Positions 1 through 14,500 of a stretch of DNA of 64,000 nt are shown piece after piece. The stretch lies in the NCBI GenBank assembly GCA_030141605.1, contig JAQGDQ010001029.1:1-64000 (forward strand), in the 5' to 3' direction. Both the position numbers and the translations under genes were made by a program. The stretch's first letter is position 1; each line of letters starts with the position of its first letter. Source of the stretch: Tubiluchus corallicola. Lineage: Eukaryota > Animalia > Priapulida. A model generated the notes under the pieces. It was not told the origin of the DNA and did not search any database. It worked only from the letters and a program-made list of their open reading frames with translations.

Positions 1-2025
<2,025 letters not shown>

Positions 2026-2029
2026 GAAT

Positions 2030-2275
2030 TCTTGTTTGAAGTCGGCTTTTTGGATAAGCAGTTAACATAAGCTCAAGAAGTTTTTGCCGACTGTAAATAA
2101 CAAATCTACACTTGCATTGCAGAGACTATTGTTACCCCACTTTTATCGTAAATACCACGCGCCAGGCAGGGAAACAGCAGGTACCGTTTCGAAAGTCTTT
2201 GGTAATACCTGTCTGCAGTATCGAACTTGCAGACTGACAGCGGACGCGTTACCAATAGACTATGCCATCTGGTCA
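2030..2275 (-). mobile_element. tRNA-derived SINE (Meta-domain-like core), copy A
   Basis: Minus strand has a tRNA-like head (TGGCATAGTCTATTGG...GTTCGATAC), then ACCAAAGACTTTCGAAACGGTACCTGCTGTTTCCCTGCCTGGCG, which resembles the MetaSINE core as I recall it. Homologous to 9883-10135 and 34321-34563. Confidence 0.75.
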
Positions 2276-3477
2276 AATTGCAGTAACAGTGAGTGATTGG
2301 TCTGGACAATTTTCTGTATGATAATCATCTGTTATTGAGGACTTTGTCAACTGGAACGATGTTGTTGTTTACCAACTTGTTTCGTGAATTGGACCGGCCT
2401 GAGATCAACGTGCAAAATAATAATTACGCACTAGCGAGAGGCTAAAGTCTATGCTTTATAAAGAATTAGGTAAAAACGTACCTACTATAAAAATGTTATT
2501 AATTTTAATAAATAATAGATATGAATGTGGTAAATTCATAATTAAGCGACACTGTGTCTTTCACTGTATATTTTCACAAAAAGCGAAGATCCCTGGAAGT
2601 GAAAAAAATAGTACAATCAAAATAAATATAGCAGAGACTGTATTATCAACATTCAACATAGTTGAAAGCATGTCCAACCAATCAGTCATCGCGTAACAAA
2701 TCAACTTTTATAGCTAGAATTGCATAATAAAATTATACATTCTCACCAGGCATATGACAAATATTCCAGCAGCAATTATAGTAGTCTGCATGTAACTCTG
2801 CCACATTTACTCGTATGAGAATGCAAGTACTGAGTGAATTTACAAGAGATTATAAGGATAAAAACAAAGTTGGCAAATTGTAACAGAGTGCTCTAACAAT
2901 CTGCTCTAATTGTTAGGCAATGTACAAAATATTTTTAAAATCAGAAACAATACAAAATTTACATCAAAAGGCCTGAAAAATGAACCAAGCACAACTGTTC
3001 ATGAGTCATACTGCCTAATTGCGTGTTACTTAAATTATTATGACTCTACTGACTATTCATTTGACCCTGCTGCATACGCAATGGTAACAGCCAACTAACT
3101 AATAAAAGCAACAATGCAGCTGAAATAATTAAGTGCTTTTCAGTTTTCCTAGCGAGAAATCCCTGAAATTTAATTTGGGACTATTCGATTTTTTCAGGTT
3201 TAGAGATTTTTATAAGCTACTCACTGGTTTCACATCGAAGTCATCTTTTATCCAAAGAACTCAGTTTTTCGTATTTTAACGACATTTGGACAAAATTTTG
3301 GAGAATTATTAAAATGTATTTCAAACACGTATATATATCACTGCAAGTCTACGTTGAAAAACATGCGCAGCTTGGTCTAGTAGTTTTTGCTTCCCGCAAA
3401 CGTACTTAAGCATTGAAGACAACAAAACCCTGAGTTCAAAGGTTAATTTTAACGTCGCGGAAACGGCTGACCTCCTC

Positions 3478-3481
<4 letters not shown>

Positions 3482-3511
<30 letters not shown>
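3482..3511. repeat. (CT)n microsatellite
   Basis: Directly visible. Confidence 0.9.
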
Positions 3512-3513
<2 letters not shown>

Positions 3514-4822
3514 GTCTCTAGCTGTCGCTCTATTTTCCTTTCTTGAGTCCCCGCTTTTCTTCTCGTCTCCCACACCTGCCTCTTATTTTTCACTTCTTCT
3601 GTCTTTTCCTTTGTTCTCAGTTTTCTTTGCTCTTCTTAACATACTAACAATAAATGCTTTTGGCATACATATTCTAAATCGTTGGTCGTTGAATGAAACA
3701 TATTTGAAAATTTTTCTTTCACCTTCACCTCTCCTTTTCTCCTCTTTGTTTCGTTTTCACCTTTTCCCATCTCTTTCTCACTTCTCTTTTCTACTCATTG
3801 CTTAATTTCTGCGTTGTTATTTAACTAACAAAACCTCGACTGGTCAATCTGTTGGTTAAATTTCTTTTTTCTAAACAACGATATCTTTTTTAAGTGTCCT
3901 TTTGAGCGATCAAGAAAATGATCGTGAAGTTTCTCGTGAAGACTGATTGTCATCGACACAGTTCAATAAGTTTATTATGTGTCTGTTACCCAGAAACACA
4001 TTTCAATTACGTCAGACGGCGATGCTTCCATTGTTGCGTATTTTATGTATAATATTATAAACACTGTAACCATAGAATCAGAATGTGAAACGTCTCTGGC
4101 TCTTAGCATGTGAGCTGGCTAAAATTTAAGTTAAAAAAACACGAGGAAAATTCGTAAACATCTAATTTATGTAGGTACATCTGTGTGAAGTGAAGTAACG
4201 CAGCCGTATATCACACCGAAGCCGTTACCGTAAGTTATACACTAACTCCTAACGCCCTTGAATGGTTTTAAATTCATCTAGTTTTCTGAATTAATAGTAT
4301 CTAATTGTTATACCAATACATTTGTGAAAGAACAAGTTGCAAACGATTTCGCAATTTTTTCTAACAACATTAATAAAAAACACAGTCATTTTGCATTTCC
4401 AGTCGGTCCTTAACTCGAGTTTGAACATTCATCAGGACCTATGTTGGGAGATAACAATTGCTTATACTTGTACATATTCGTTGCAAATTAAACAGAGGGA
4501 GAGCGGAAGTAAGTGACGAAAGAGAAAGTGGTAGGTGTGAACGAGACAAAATGAGAAAGGGGGAGGGAGAGAAAGGAAATGGAACAGACAGGCAGTCATC
4601 GGTGATGTGTGTTTGATGTTAATTTTATTTATTTATTCATTGTGTTTTAATTGCTTTCATTCAGATTGTAATAAAATTTTTCTAAGCGATATTAGAGCAA
4701 ATCTCAGACGAAACATCTTAGAATTTTTAATGTGACGTCACAATTCATAGATGACGTCACATTAAAAATTACTATATATGTCTAGATATTGCCAGATTAA
4801 TCGTAAAGTCAAGTTAATTACA

Positions 4823-5208
4823 TTAATGATGATACAAACTCACAATTAATTAAATTTTGATACGATTAAAGGTCGATTTGAAAAAGAGGAAATTCGAGAA
4901 AGTTGGAATGTGGCCAAAATTTGAACCAACCAGCAAATTTCTGTTCGAAAGGAGGACACCTTAGACAATTAGGCCAGCGAATTCCCCACTCAAGGCAATA
5001 CAAAGTTCATCCCTTATAGAAGGCCTGTCCACCGCCAACCAAATTGAGCATATAATGTTAGGTCGCGTTCACACTAAAGTGATTATAACCCATTAGATAT
5101 AGGCCCTGACCGTGGTTCATATCGAGCCGGTATTCCAACTTTTTACATTTTCTGTCTTTCAAGTTTGTTATCAAAATGTAATTAATTGTGGGTTTCTACC
5201 ATCATTAG
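4823..5208. mobile_element. Palindromic repeat built from two outward-facing degenerate tRNA-like units
   Basis: Imperfect inverted arms (TAATGATGATACAAACTCACAATTAAT...AAAGTTGGAAT / ATTCCAACTTT...ATTAATTGTGGGTTTCTACCATCATTA). Related to 5360-5500 and 47850-48130. Confidence 0.5.
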
Positions 5209-6194
5209 CCATCATCTCCCTATAAAGATTATAATGTTTAGTTTATTCCCCATGGAAGTTTCGGACATAAAGTTGGTTAAAAATGAAAAAAATCTGTCTA
5301 GTTAATTAGAATCACTCTATTGTGAGCGATTTAACATTGAGAATGCTAAATTTGGTGAGCCAGTTATAAAGGATGAACTTTAGACTGCCTTGACTCTTGA
5401 GGAAGGCGACGGCCCTAGTGGTCTAAGGTGTCTACCTTGTAATCACCAGGCTCCTGGTTCAAATCCAGGCTGTATTTCAACCTTTTCCACATTTTTGTCG
5501 TTCGCTTATTTCATTTCTCAATGTGCACATTTTAAAATTGACAGTTAAAGGAACATATTATAAAGAATATGTCACTTACTCGCTACCATTTTGTCATGAT
5601 AGGGTTAACCGGCAATAAAAAATTGTTGGCTTATTGTCTCTTTTTAGGTAAGTTTTTAACAGCAAACTTACAATTTCTTTTCTTAGATTTCTACTAATTC
5701 AACAAAATGTTTATGGAGTTTAGTTATTCGCAAAAGCAAAAAGTTTTTCACAGTGTTAATTTATTTATTTTTAATGTTTAAATTTTTTTAAAGTATTATG
5801 GTAAATTTTACCAATAATATCTTATTTACTACAAAGGAGGAACTGTTACCATTTTTAAGCATCCGTCACCGTCATTGGTTTTACTAAATTTTACAGCTTA
5901 CAGCATGGATAATGCGTTTTTATGCTTCTAATCTTGTCATTGTTCTCTGATTGTTTTCAGGATTTTATTTTGGTTAAAAGTTTTTGAAACATTTCAATTG
6001 TTCACTTTTCCCTAGTAGTTAAGGCCCTGACCTTAGTCCGAGCTTGATGAAAACCCGATTTTAGATTTGACACCACGATTGCAAGATAGCAACAATTAAT
6101 GCTGTCATTTTCCAAAAATATGTGTTTCAAAAGGACCAATCAGGCTTGTAATTTCTTTGTAAGACTGATTTTTCGTGGCATTTATATTTTGCAG

Positions 6195-6776
6195 ATGACG
6201 TCTACTCGGGCCATTTTCACGATTTTGATTGGCACGTTGGTGGCGCAGACAGCATTTGCAAGATGGCAGAAAAAGAAACAATATAACAGGAAAGTTGACG
6301 ACACACACAATATACGTGATCGTAGTCTTGACTTCATTTACACTTTATTTAAACTTAATAATTGCTTCGACTTGCACATGAACGGCAGCAAACTAAACCA
6401 ACGGGGAAAAAACTGCGACACTTGCTTAGAAGGAAACAACGTTTTTTATTTTTACAAACCGGAAGCAGGCGAACTACTTTATACCGAGAATCGATATCAA
6501 GATTGCTGCGCCAACGACGATCATTACGAAGAGTGTACACGTGCCTTAGCAACAGACGCATTTGTAGGTCAGTGTTTTACTGGTTCAAACGGGAACAAAG
6601 CGTTGAATGAACGAGGTAACGACTGTAAACAATGCATAAAAGGTGAGACAGTTAACGAGCTTCGTGCACAAGGAGAAGAACAAGTTGATAGAGTTCTTAT
6701 TTACAAAGATTGCTGCAAGAGTGACGATCGTTACAGTTCTTGCAAAAATGTATTACAGCGCACAGTCACCAAATAA
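6195..6776 (+). CDS. Secreted cysteine-rich protein 1 (193 aa; signal peptide + two 6-Cys domains), unknown family
   Basis: ATG lies directly after a polypyrimidine-GCAG acceptor. Signal peptide MTSTRAIFTILIGTLVAQTAFA. Two copies of CF-x15-C-x2-C-x25/26-CC-x5-Y-x2-C. Paralogous to the 11286 and 16281 ORFs. Confidence 0.85.
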   Translation: MTSTRAIFTILIGTLVAQTAFARWQKKKQYNRKVDDTHNIRDRSLDFIYTLFKLNNCFDLHMNGSKLNQRGKNCDTCLEGNNVFYFYKPEAGELLYTENRYQDCCANDDHYEECTRALATDAFVGQCFTGSNGNKALNERGNDCKQCIKGETVNELRAQGEEQVDRVLIYKDCCKSDDRYSSCKNVLQRTVTK

Positions 6777-7966
6777 GCCTCCACCACCGGCGCCCCCACT
6801 TTTTAATAGCTGCAGTTCTGTATATCGTCGGGAGCTCATTACTACATTGACACTTGTGTGTACAATCAACTAATTGAAAATAATAACTTAATAATTCGTG
6901 ATATTTCCTGTTCAAAAGAAAATCACACAACAATCACTGCATGTATGTCTGTAAGATACAGGTGAAATGTGCATAATACTACTTCTAAGTCTAATAACTT
7001 CATTTCCAAGGCTTGTATAAAATAATTGATTCGCTGCTTGCTGGAAAGTTTTAAAGATTGTTGCGACACTCTTTGTCAGTTATCTTTAAATAAAGTATAG
7101 GCGTATATGATCAAATGCTGTGTTTTTTATATCTCTTACATTCGAACTTGTATGTGCACCAGGTTGTACTTTTAACCCTAAATACGTAGAAAAAAACTTT
7201 ACTAGTAAAGATGGAACGCGTTTTGGTTTTGACGTTGTCGAAATATATAGTTAATTCTCTATGCGAACTCAGAATCTACCACACGAGTCCATGATTGACG
7301 ATACCTAATCTATAATTTTCCACCATCAAATGTTCAGTTCACAACATCCATTCAAAAATTCGAAATGCCCATTAAGTAGTTCCCAAATTCAAATTAATTG
7401 GTACGTCAAGTAAACCCAAATTTTCTTCCTATATTTTAAACAAATTTCATTCAAGTCTTTAGAAATTCCGAAAAAAATTTTGAATGCACGAGGAAAACAA
7501 AAACGATAGCCGCCAAACTTTCATTTAAGCAGAAGGTCTTGTAATGCCACGCTTGTTTGTTTTTTTAACTTCGTTGTGATCTCTAATCTTATGTTTGTTT
7601 TCTTCATTCATTAAAGTATTTTTTGCTCTTCGTTTTTGGATTTCTGTATTTAGAAGCTGGAATGTCAATGTGGACGAAGTAAAACCTAAAGTAACGAAAT
7701 CCAACGGTGGATTCATATTATATACTAAAATTTGATTTGTACAATATCAATGCAATATATAAAGTATCAGGCACTTTGGCTTCCAAAATAGTGTTCACTC
7801 AATATTGAAAAAGGGCTTCACAATGTGCACATTGGTCGTTTTACAACAGTTCCCGAAGGGAGTTTCACTTGTGATACTATCATCTGAGTCAACATTTCCT
7901 GCTTGTACTTAATGCAGCAGTTAACAATACAGAGGTGTAGTTTACAGCGACACATTTACTCGTTTT

Positions 7967-8329
7967 TTAACCCTTTCATACCCGTTGTATCCCGTGGGAT
8001 ACGAGAATATTTTCTGCCTTTAAAATTAATAAAATTTTAAAACTGACAGTTATTTGATCTGTTAATAGTTATTTTGATTTAAGCCAACAACGTTAGACTA
8101 AAACTGGTGATAAAATGGCAAACTAAAAAATCTACGTAGCACAAAAAACTGAGCAAAGTACAGTACTTTAGAGACGACTTTGTACAGATCAGCATAGCGT
8201 GCATACTAAATGTCTTAAATACTTTAAAAAATTATCAGCAGTCGCAAAATGAAGCACATTTTTTGCTTTTGTTGTGTTTTTAAAAAAGTTTTTCTTATTA
8301 AAAAAATAATTTGGGACTGAAAGGGTTAA
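7967..8329. mobile_element. piggyBac-type MITE
   Basis: TTAA-CCCTTTCA...TGAAAGGG-TTAA terminal inverted repeats with TTAA target site. Confidence 0.7.
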
Positions 8330-8599
8330 CTGAAGTTAATGCAGTCCAGTAAGCAGAATTCATTTGTCCTGCAAAAAGCAGTGACATCATTAAAATGTAA
8401 AACTGCGTTAGGTCTTAATGTAAAGTGTATTATGCCTACTGTGAACATTTAATGACCAGTGACGGTGAATGATCAGTACTGTTTTGCTACTAAGCCGTTT
8501 CTGTCTCTGATGCTGAACCTCAGCAAAGCAACAATCTGAGCTATCTGTGCAACTATAGGTACATTATACTTCTTCTTCAAAGTCTAATTCCATCTATTG

Positions 8600-9020
8600 T
8601 AGACATTGAGTCATTACTAATTATTAGAACTATTATCCACTCCTCCCTGCCTCTAACAGCGTAAGTTCTTCTACTCCTAAAGGTATATTTGGTTGTTAAA
8701 CACCTTTATTTATCTTAGCCATCCAAGCTTTTTTTAGTTTGCCATGTGGTTTTTTGCAAAAGCTGCAAGCCTTTCTATAAAGCGATTCTTATTGGTGCTT
8801 CATTTGGTACTCTGAGAAGGTACCCTAGACATCTTAATCTTCGTATCTTGGACTTTTTAACTCCAAGGAATTTCTTTCGTTCTAGTACATAAATCTTCAT
8901 TTTTGATTATGTATGGCCATCTTATCTTTTCTTGAGCCATCGTTAAACCCCATGTTTCACTGTTGTACATAAATATGCTGGTAACGTAAGCATTAAATAA
9001 TCGATGCTTTAATGTAAGTA
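8600..9020 (-). mobile_element. Decayed RTE-clade LINE fragment
   Basis: Minus-strand translation gives MYNSETW..., RWPYIIKNEDL and IRRLRCLGYLLR, typical of the RTE ORF C-terminus, with frameshifts. Confidence 0.6.
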
Positions 9021-9882
9021 CATTTATACAGCGTTGCTGTACACTTTATAGTGCTGTACACGTTTGCGCAATTTCGCGCGAAAAATTAAATGTGCCGTCA
9101 CGTTGTAACAGTGACGCAAGACGCCGCCATTGTTTCGTAGTTTGTTTCTGTGAACGTACAAGCTCAGAACGTAAAGCGATCAGCTGTGAGTGTGCGGAAA
9201 TCAATTAAAATACAGAGCTGAATTTAAGCATTTCCGTAGTATACAAGTTTTTAATTAGTGTATAAAACGAAGAAAGTTTATAAGCATCATCATCTAGCAA
9301 AATTTGTTGCTGTTTAGCGACGCCATTACTGTAAGTTGTAGTTGGATTTGCTCAAATAAATTATAGAATTATGTAATGCTTAAATCTAATATCGAAATGT
9401 TTATAATGACAAAATTTTAACTTTGTCTAAGTAGTACTAGATTGGAATGAGTCGTTTTGAGTCTTATTAAGAATTTAGAAGTTATATGCCTCTTTGATGG
9501 CATGCTCTGATGCAAAGTTGTTATCGTTAATCTACGTAAATCTACAAATTATTTCAAACATGTTTTAGTCAAGTAGCTAACTTCCCAACCTGCTCTGCAG
9601 TTCCATAATAATGTACAGATTTTAGAAAGTAGGTTTATATGAATCTATGCCTGTATGCCACAGTGTTTCTTTACATTCTTCTAAACATAAGGTCCTTTTG
9701 GGATTAAACTTTCTTTAAATGATCCAAGATGCTAAGCAAAAATCTAGAAAATGTAATGATTCTTGCAGTATTATCATTTTTTAGCTTCAGTTGACGCTGT
9801 ATGCGGATGCCATAATTCATATTATCTCAATCATATTAATAATTATTAATATTATTAATTACATATTAGCACTTGACTTTGA

Positions 9883-10135
9883 CCAAATGGTACAGCCTAG
9901 TGATAACGCGTCTGCTTTCCGTCTGGGTGATTGTGAGTTCCATTCTGTGGCCGGGTGACATCAAAGATTTTAAAATGGTACTTGCTAGCTAGCTGTTACC
10001 CCCTACTTGGAATGTGGTAGACTCTTTAAGTTCAATTGTTCATATAATTTTAGCAATGTTATTACAGTAGGCAAAAAGCTGTTTGAGCTTATGTTAATTG
10101 TTCATCCAGAAGCCGAATTGTTCATTTAAATAAAC
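9883..10135 (+). mobile_element. tRNA-derived SINE (Meta-domain-like), copy B
   Basis: tRNA-like head, core TCAAAGATTTTAAAATGGTACTTGCT, and shared 3' end GAGCTTATGTTAATTGTTCATCC...AATAAA followed by (ATT)/(ATC)n. Confidence 0.65.
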
Positions 10136-10478
10136 ATTATTATTATTACATTGAATTATTATAATTCATATTATTATTATTATTATTATCATCATCATCA
10201 TCATCATCATATTATATTATAATAAAAATAAATACGAAAAAAATAAAATTACGCAATTTATTAAAAACTACCTGTATTTATATCTAAATCAACAAATAAC
10301 TGAAATTTATACAAACATGTTCGTGCAGATGTCATAAACCTTCAACAAAAATCAACTTTTCGTGCTTTGATGGCAGCAAAAAAGCGGTAGTGTCCTCTAT
10401 TGTCTAAAATAGATGATACACGAGCTAGAAAACATTCATGGCCAAATAATGCACAAAATTCTCAAAAAAGGCGTGCGG

Positions 10479-10479
<1 letters not shown>

Positions 10480-10571
<92 letters not shown>
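10480..10571. repeat. (AG)n microsatellite
   Basis: Directly visible. Confidence 0.95.
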
Positions 10572-10575
<4 letters not shown>

Positions 10576-11285
10576 GCAGTATGTTCGCATGAAGCAAAAA
10601 AATGTTACCTCGGCGTGAGGCCCCCCTGGAGGGTGAGGCCCTAGGCAGTTGCCTAGTTTGCCTATGCTTAAGGCCGGCCCTGACAGGAGAGAACAGGGTC
10701 CCCAGATACCGAAGTCGGACAGCCTACAGTCTGCTGTTCACCATTAAGGTCCTTCATTGAAAGATAACAATTTGTGTACGAATCCCGTACAATTTTTAAA
10801 ATCAATTTTAAAACATTCACAATTCGCTTTTAAATTGCTTCTTCGTGGTTTCATGCTGGCATGTGTCTGGTAAGCGTAATTATGCATTAGAACTTCGTGA
10901 TTCTTCGCGGCTAAACTAGCTGACGGAGGAAACTCCAGCTGCAGGGTTTTCGCATGCGCAGTTACGCCACTGCTGTTCATACTGCAAAGGATAGGGTCCA
11001 TATCGAGGTTTTTTGGAAAAAAAAACAAAAAAAGCGTTTGCATGTTCGCTTGATAGCTGTAATTTCCTTGCACATCGTGAAATAGAATAAAAGTTTTGAA
11101 TTTTTCCAGTTTTTGACTGAAAACTTCAAAGATTTGATGATGCTGAATAGTAGTTTGGAGTTAGATCAGGAGGTGGTGTGGTAGGAAGATATATAAATTT
11201 GTCAGAAAATCGTTAGCCGGCTAATAATTGACTAGCTACGTTTCTTTGGCAAAGTGGAAAATCAATACTTTTTTGTTTTTCACAG

Positions 11286-12233
11286 ATGACGTCTGCATCA
11301 TCAGTGTACGGGAGTCTAATTGGACTGCTGATCATACAGACAACACTAGCAAGATCACAGCATAGGAGACATCATCCTAGACAGGCGCAGGTACAGCAAC
11401 AGGACCGGGTAACCGTACCTCTGATGCAGTCTCAAAAAGAGGGACAACAGTCGCAGAAAGAGGTAACCATATCCCCACAGCAACAGGAACGGGTAACCAT
11501 ACCTCTGATGCAGTCTCAAAAAGAGGGACAACAGTCGCAGAAAGAGGTAACCATATCGCAGTCTCAAAAAGAGGGACAACAGTCACAAAAAGAGGTAACC
11601 ATATCTCAGTCTCAAAAAGAGGGACAACAGTCGCAGAAAGAGGTAACCATATCCCCACAGCAACAGGAACGGGTAACCATACCCCTGATGCAGTCTGAAA
11701 AGGAGGGACAGCAGTCGCAGAAAGAGGTAACCATATCGCAGTCTCAAACAGAGGGACAACAGTCACAAAAAGAGGTAACCATATCTCAGTCTCAAAAAGA
11801 GGGACAACAGTCGCAGAAAGATGTATCCATATCGCAGTCGCAGAAAGAGGGACAACAGTCGCAGAAGGAGGAGCAACAGTTGCAGGAACAGGAACTCGAA
11901 CTTCGACCAGGCACAACAGACAAAGATCTTGTTAAGGTCCTTTTCGGTTACGTTTTCGATGACAAGTCAGGTGCAAAATGCTTCAAGGCAAAAGGAATGA
12001 CCATCATTGGGCTCAGCAAACGAGGAAAAAATTGTCGAACATGTATAGAAGGTAATAATGATGCTTATTTCTACGAAGCTGAGGCTGGTGCACCACCACC
12101 AGGCCTGGATGAGATTTTCACTGCATGTTGTATCAACTCCTCTTTCTACGGCGTGTGCAAAAAAGTAGTAAAAAACCAAGAAGACGAGGACGAACAAAGT
12201 CAGGAGGCGGAGGATCAGCAGATGGAAGATTAA
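11286..12233 (+). CDS. Secreted cysteine-rich protein 2 (315 aa; signal peptide + Gln-rich repeats + 6-Cys domain + acidic tail)
   Basis: ATG lies directly after TTTTTGTTTTTCACAG. Signal peptide MTSASSVYGSLIGLLIIQTTLA, SQKEGQQSQKEVTISQ repeats, and CF...RGKNCRTCIEGNN...CCINSSFYGVC. AATAAA at 12307. Confidence 0.87.
   Translation: MTSASSVYGSLIGLLIIQTTLARSQHRRHHPRQAQVQQQDRVTVPLMQSQKEGQQSQKEVTISPQQQERVTIPLMQSQKEGQQSQKEVTISQSQKEGQQSQKEVTISQSQKEGQQSQKEVTISPQQQERVTIPLMQSEKEGQQSQKEVTISQSQTEGQQSQKEVTISQSQKEGQQSQKDVSISQSQKEGQQSQKEEQQLQEQELELRPGTTDKDLVKVLFGYVFDDKSGAKCFKAKGMTIIGLSKRGKNCRTCIEGNNDAYFYEAEAGAPPPGLDEIFTACCINSSFYGVCKKVVKNQEDEDEQSQEAEDQQMED
11410..11870 (+). repeat. Coding tandem repeat (about 48 bp unit plus an interspersed SPQQQERVTIPLMQ unit)
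   Basis: Repeated CAGTCTCAAAAAGAGGGACAACAGTCGCAGAAAGAGGTAACCATATC, in frame. Confidence 0.9.
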
Positions 12234-12729
12234 AGAAAACCAGCTAGAAACGCCACTAGTGTAGTTTGCAATAACTTACATGGCTACCTGTATATCATTA
12301 ACTATTAATAAAATTAAATATTATCATTTAGTAGTAATGTACACTATCCTGCATTTTGGTCACCAATTTAAAACAAATCAGTCGTCCACAATCTGCTTAA
12401 CACTGAATTTGTGCCATTTTATTTATTATTTTGTATCATTTTTGCATCTTTATCAGATCTTAATTCCGTTGCGGCTACACGGTTGCTTTTTAGATAAGTT
12501 TATTTATTCTAAATTTGAAATAAAATAATAATAATAAATAAATAAATCAATCATTCTTTTGTTGAATGAAGTTTCTATTCATTTTCTTACTGTGCTTAAA
12601 TTACCTTTACGGTAGTTGTAAAAAGCATGTAAGAGTTACAACTATCAATAGCCATACAGTAAATGATTTTTCACTACTAAGCACAATGCAATTTCAACAA
12701 GTCTTCACAGTTTCACCGATTGATAATCG

Positions 12730-13050
12730 TCATCATCATCATCATCATCGTCATCATCTCTGATGTCGCACATGCTTTGACATGTACCTTGCTCTCACTT
12801 TAGTCCATGCTGCCCTGTCACCCGCAACCTCCCATGTCTCTGTCTGTTATTTTGATATCTAATGGTGTGTTGACAAGATATTTTTGGATGAAATTGATGC
12901 AAGTCAGCAGCTGTCCTCCCTTGCGGTTTGTTTTCTTTCTGCAGTGTTTCTTTGAAAGCTAATTTTAATGGCCTGTCATCTGGTAGTCGCATAACATATC
13001 CTATCCATCTTAATCTTCTCTTTTTGATTTTAACTGTCCATGATGATCGT
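12730..13050 (-). mobile_element. Decayed RTE-clade LINE 3' fragment with (GAT)n tail
   Basis: KKRRLRWIGYVMRLPDDRPLK...KPQGR motif followed by a (GAT)n tail on the minus strand. Confidence 0.65.
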
Positions 13051-14089
13051 GAACAGGTCAAAGGTTAAGTGTACTAGACAACGCATTTGTGTACTCTTGA
13101 CAATGCTTAGCAGCCCAAACTGTTGTAGTAAAGTAAAGTTAAGCAAAGTCCACGTAAAACAACTAAAACTACAGAACTGACACGGCAGATGACTTTGCTT
13201 TACACGCATGTCACGTGACTGTTGAAGTTAAGACGTACTGCTAGGGTAAATTTAAACGTTGACCTACAGCAACTACGCACAACGAAACCGTGAAAATGCT
13301 TATTTGGTTACAATTAAACTTGTCTATCAGTTCGCTTAACAGTAGTGGTAGCAAAAATTCATAAAGACCAAATATGGATAATCATTCTGGTACATAACCC
13401 ACAAATGTAACAATTTTTATCACATTTTTTTGTTAAAAAAGCAGCGTTGCCACTGCACACTAGCAGCCATCTTCAGTTTTTACCCCAAGATGACTGTTAG
13501 TGTGCAGTGGAAACATATTTTCTTAATAAACGTTTTCTTAATAAAAATGTTATAAAATTTGTTATATTGTGGATTCTTCATCAAACTGACGCTGTTCTTG
13601 TTATAAAGAATTTCAATATCAAAAAACTTATCAACAATCAATCATCAGACTTGTCAATAATCAATAATCAGTTCTGATATTAATTTGCTATTGGATAACA
13701 TCATTTTTATTACACAGTGCAGACTAAACTAATGCGCTCTGTAATGGGGTGAGGGCGAACAGTCGTGTGGTTGCTGTGTGTGATAAACGACTGAAGTTTA
13801 GTACGTAGGGGTTTACCAGTAAATGGATGGATGACCACCAGTTTCATCTGCTATATTACTGCCATAATTTATTGAGGGTGGATGTATACACACCCAAAGA
13901 CACTGCTGCCGGTTCAGTAGTTCATCTTAGAGGAATGTAAACAATGGAAAAGAATATTGCTTGAAAATAAGTAAATATGTTATTGAAAAACTTTGTAAGA
14001 GCTTGTAATCATTCTTACACTCCCGATAACTTGTTTAATTTATTCTAAGCTAACACACAACATGCTGCTTGCATCAACGGCATCTTAGT

Positions 14090-14500
14090 TTGCTAGTAAT
14101 TTGTAACATGTATTGATGCCCCATCAGTGCAAGCACCTGTTTCCACAAGCATATGTTGTTTTTGCTGGAAAAAGTGAGTGTGCCGAAATTTTGGTGATAA
14201 CAGAAATACAATTATAACACTAACATCAATTTTCTTCGAATACAACCGTGTTTCTCCACTCATTGGCAGTGTCTGCTCAATGAAGTCATCTGGCAAAACC
14301 AGAATCTTTATCAAGAAGAGACAGTGACGTGCTAGAAGTGTCTTAACTACGTTTGGATTTCTCGATGAAGATGAAGTCGTCTAGCTCACCAATTCACGTA
14401 CTGATCAGGTTCAGTGTGATACTTAGCTTTGATCCAAACATGTGATCAGCAGTGCTCTACTTGGCTTCTTCCCAAGCATTGGTGCTGTAGTAAGTGGAGA
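14090..14500 (-). mobile_element. Possible decayed hAT/Buster transposase remnant
   Basis: The CTDGA motif in ORF 14093-14314 resembles the second catalytic Asp motif of Buster/hAT transposases. Otherwise highly degraded. Confidence 0.3.

Noticed and set aside
6099-6194. 32-aa N-terminal extension of the first secreted protein
   Set aside because: It covers a polypyrimidine tract and acceptor. Paralog comparison places the start at 6195.
11355-11916. Antisense repetitive ORFs
   Set aside because: Shadows of the coding repeat on the plus strand.
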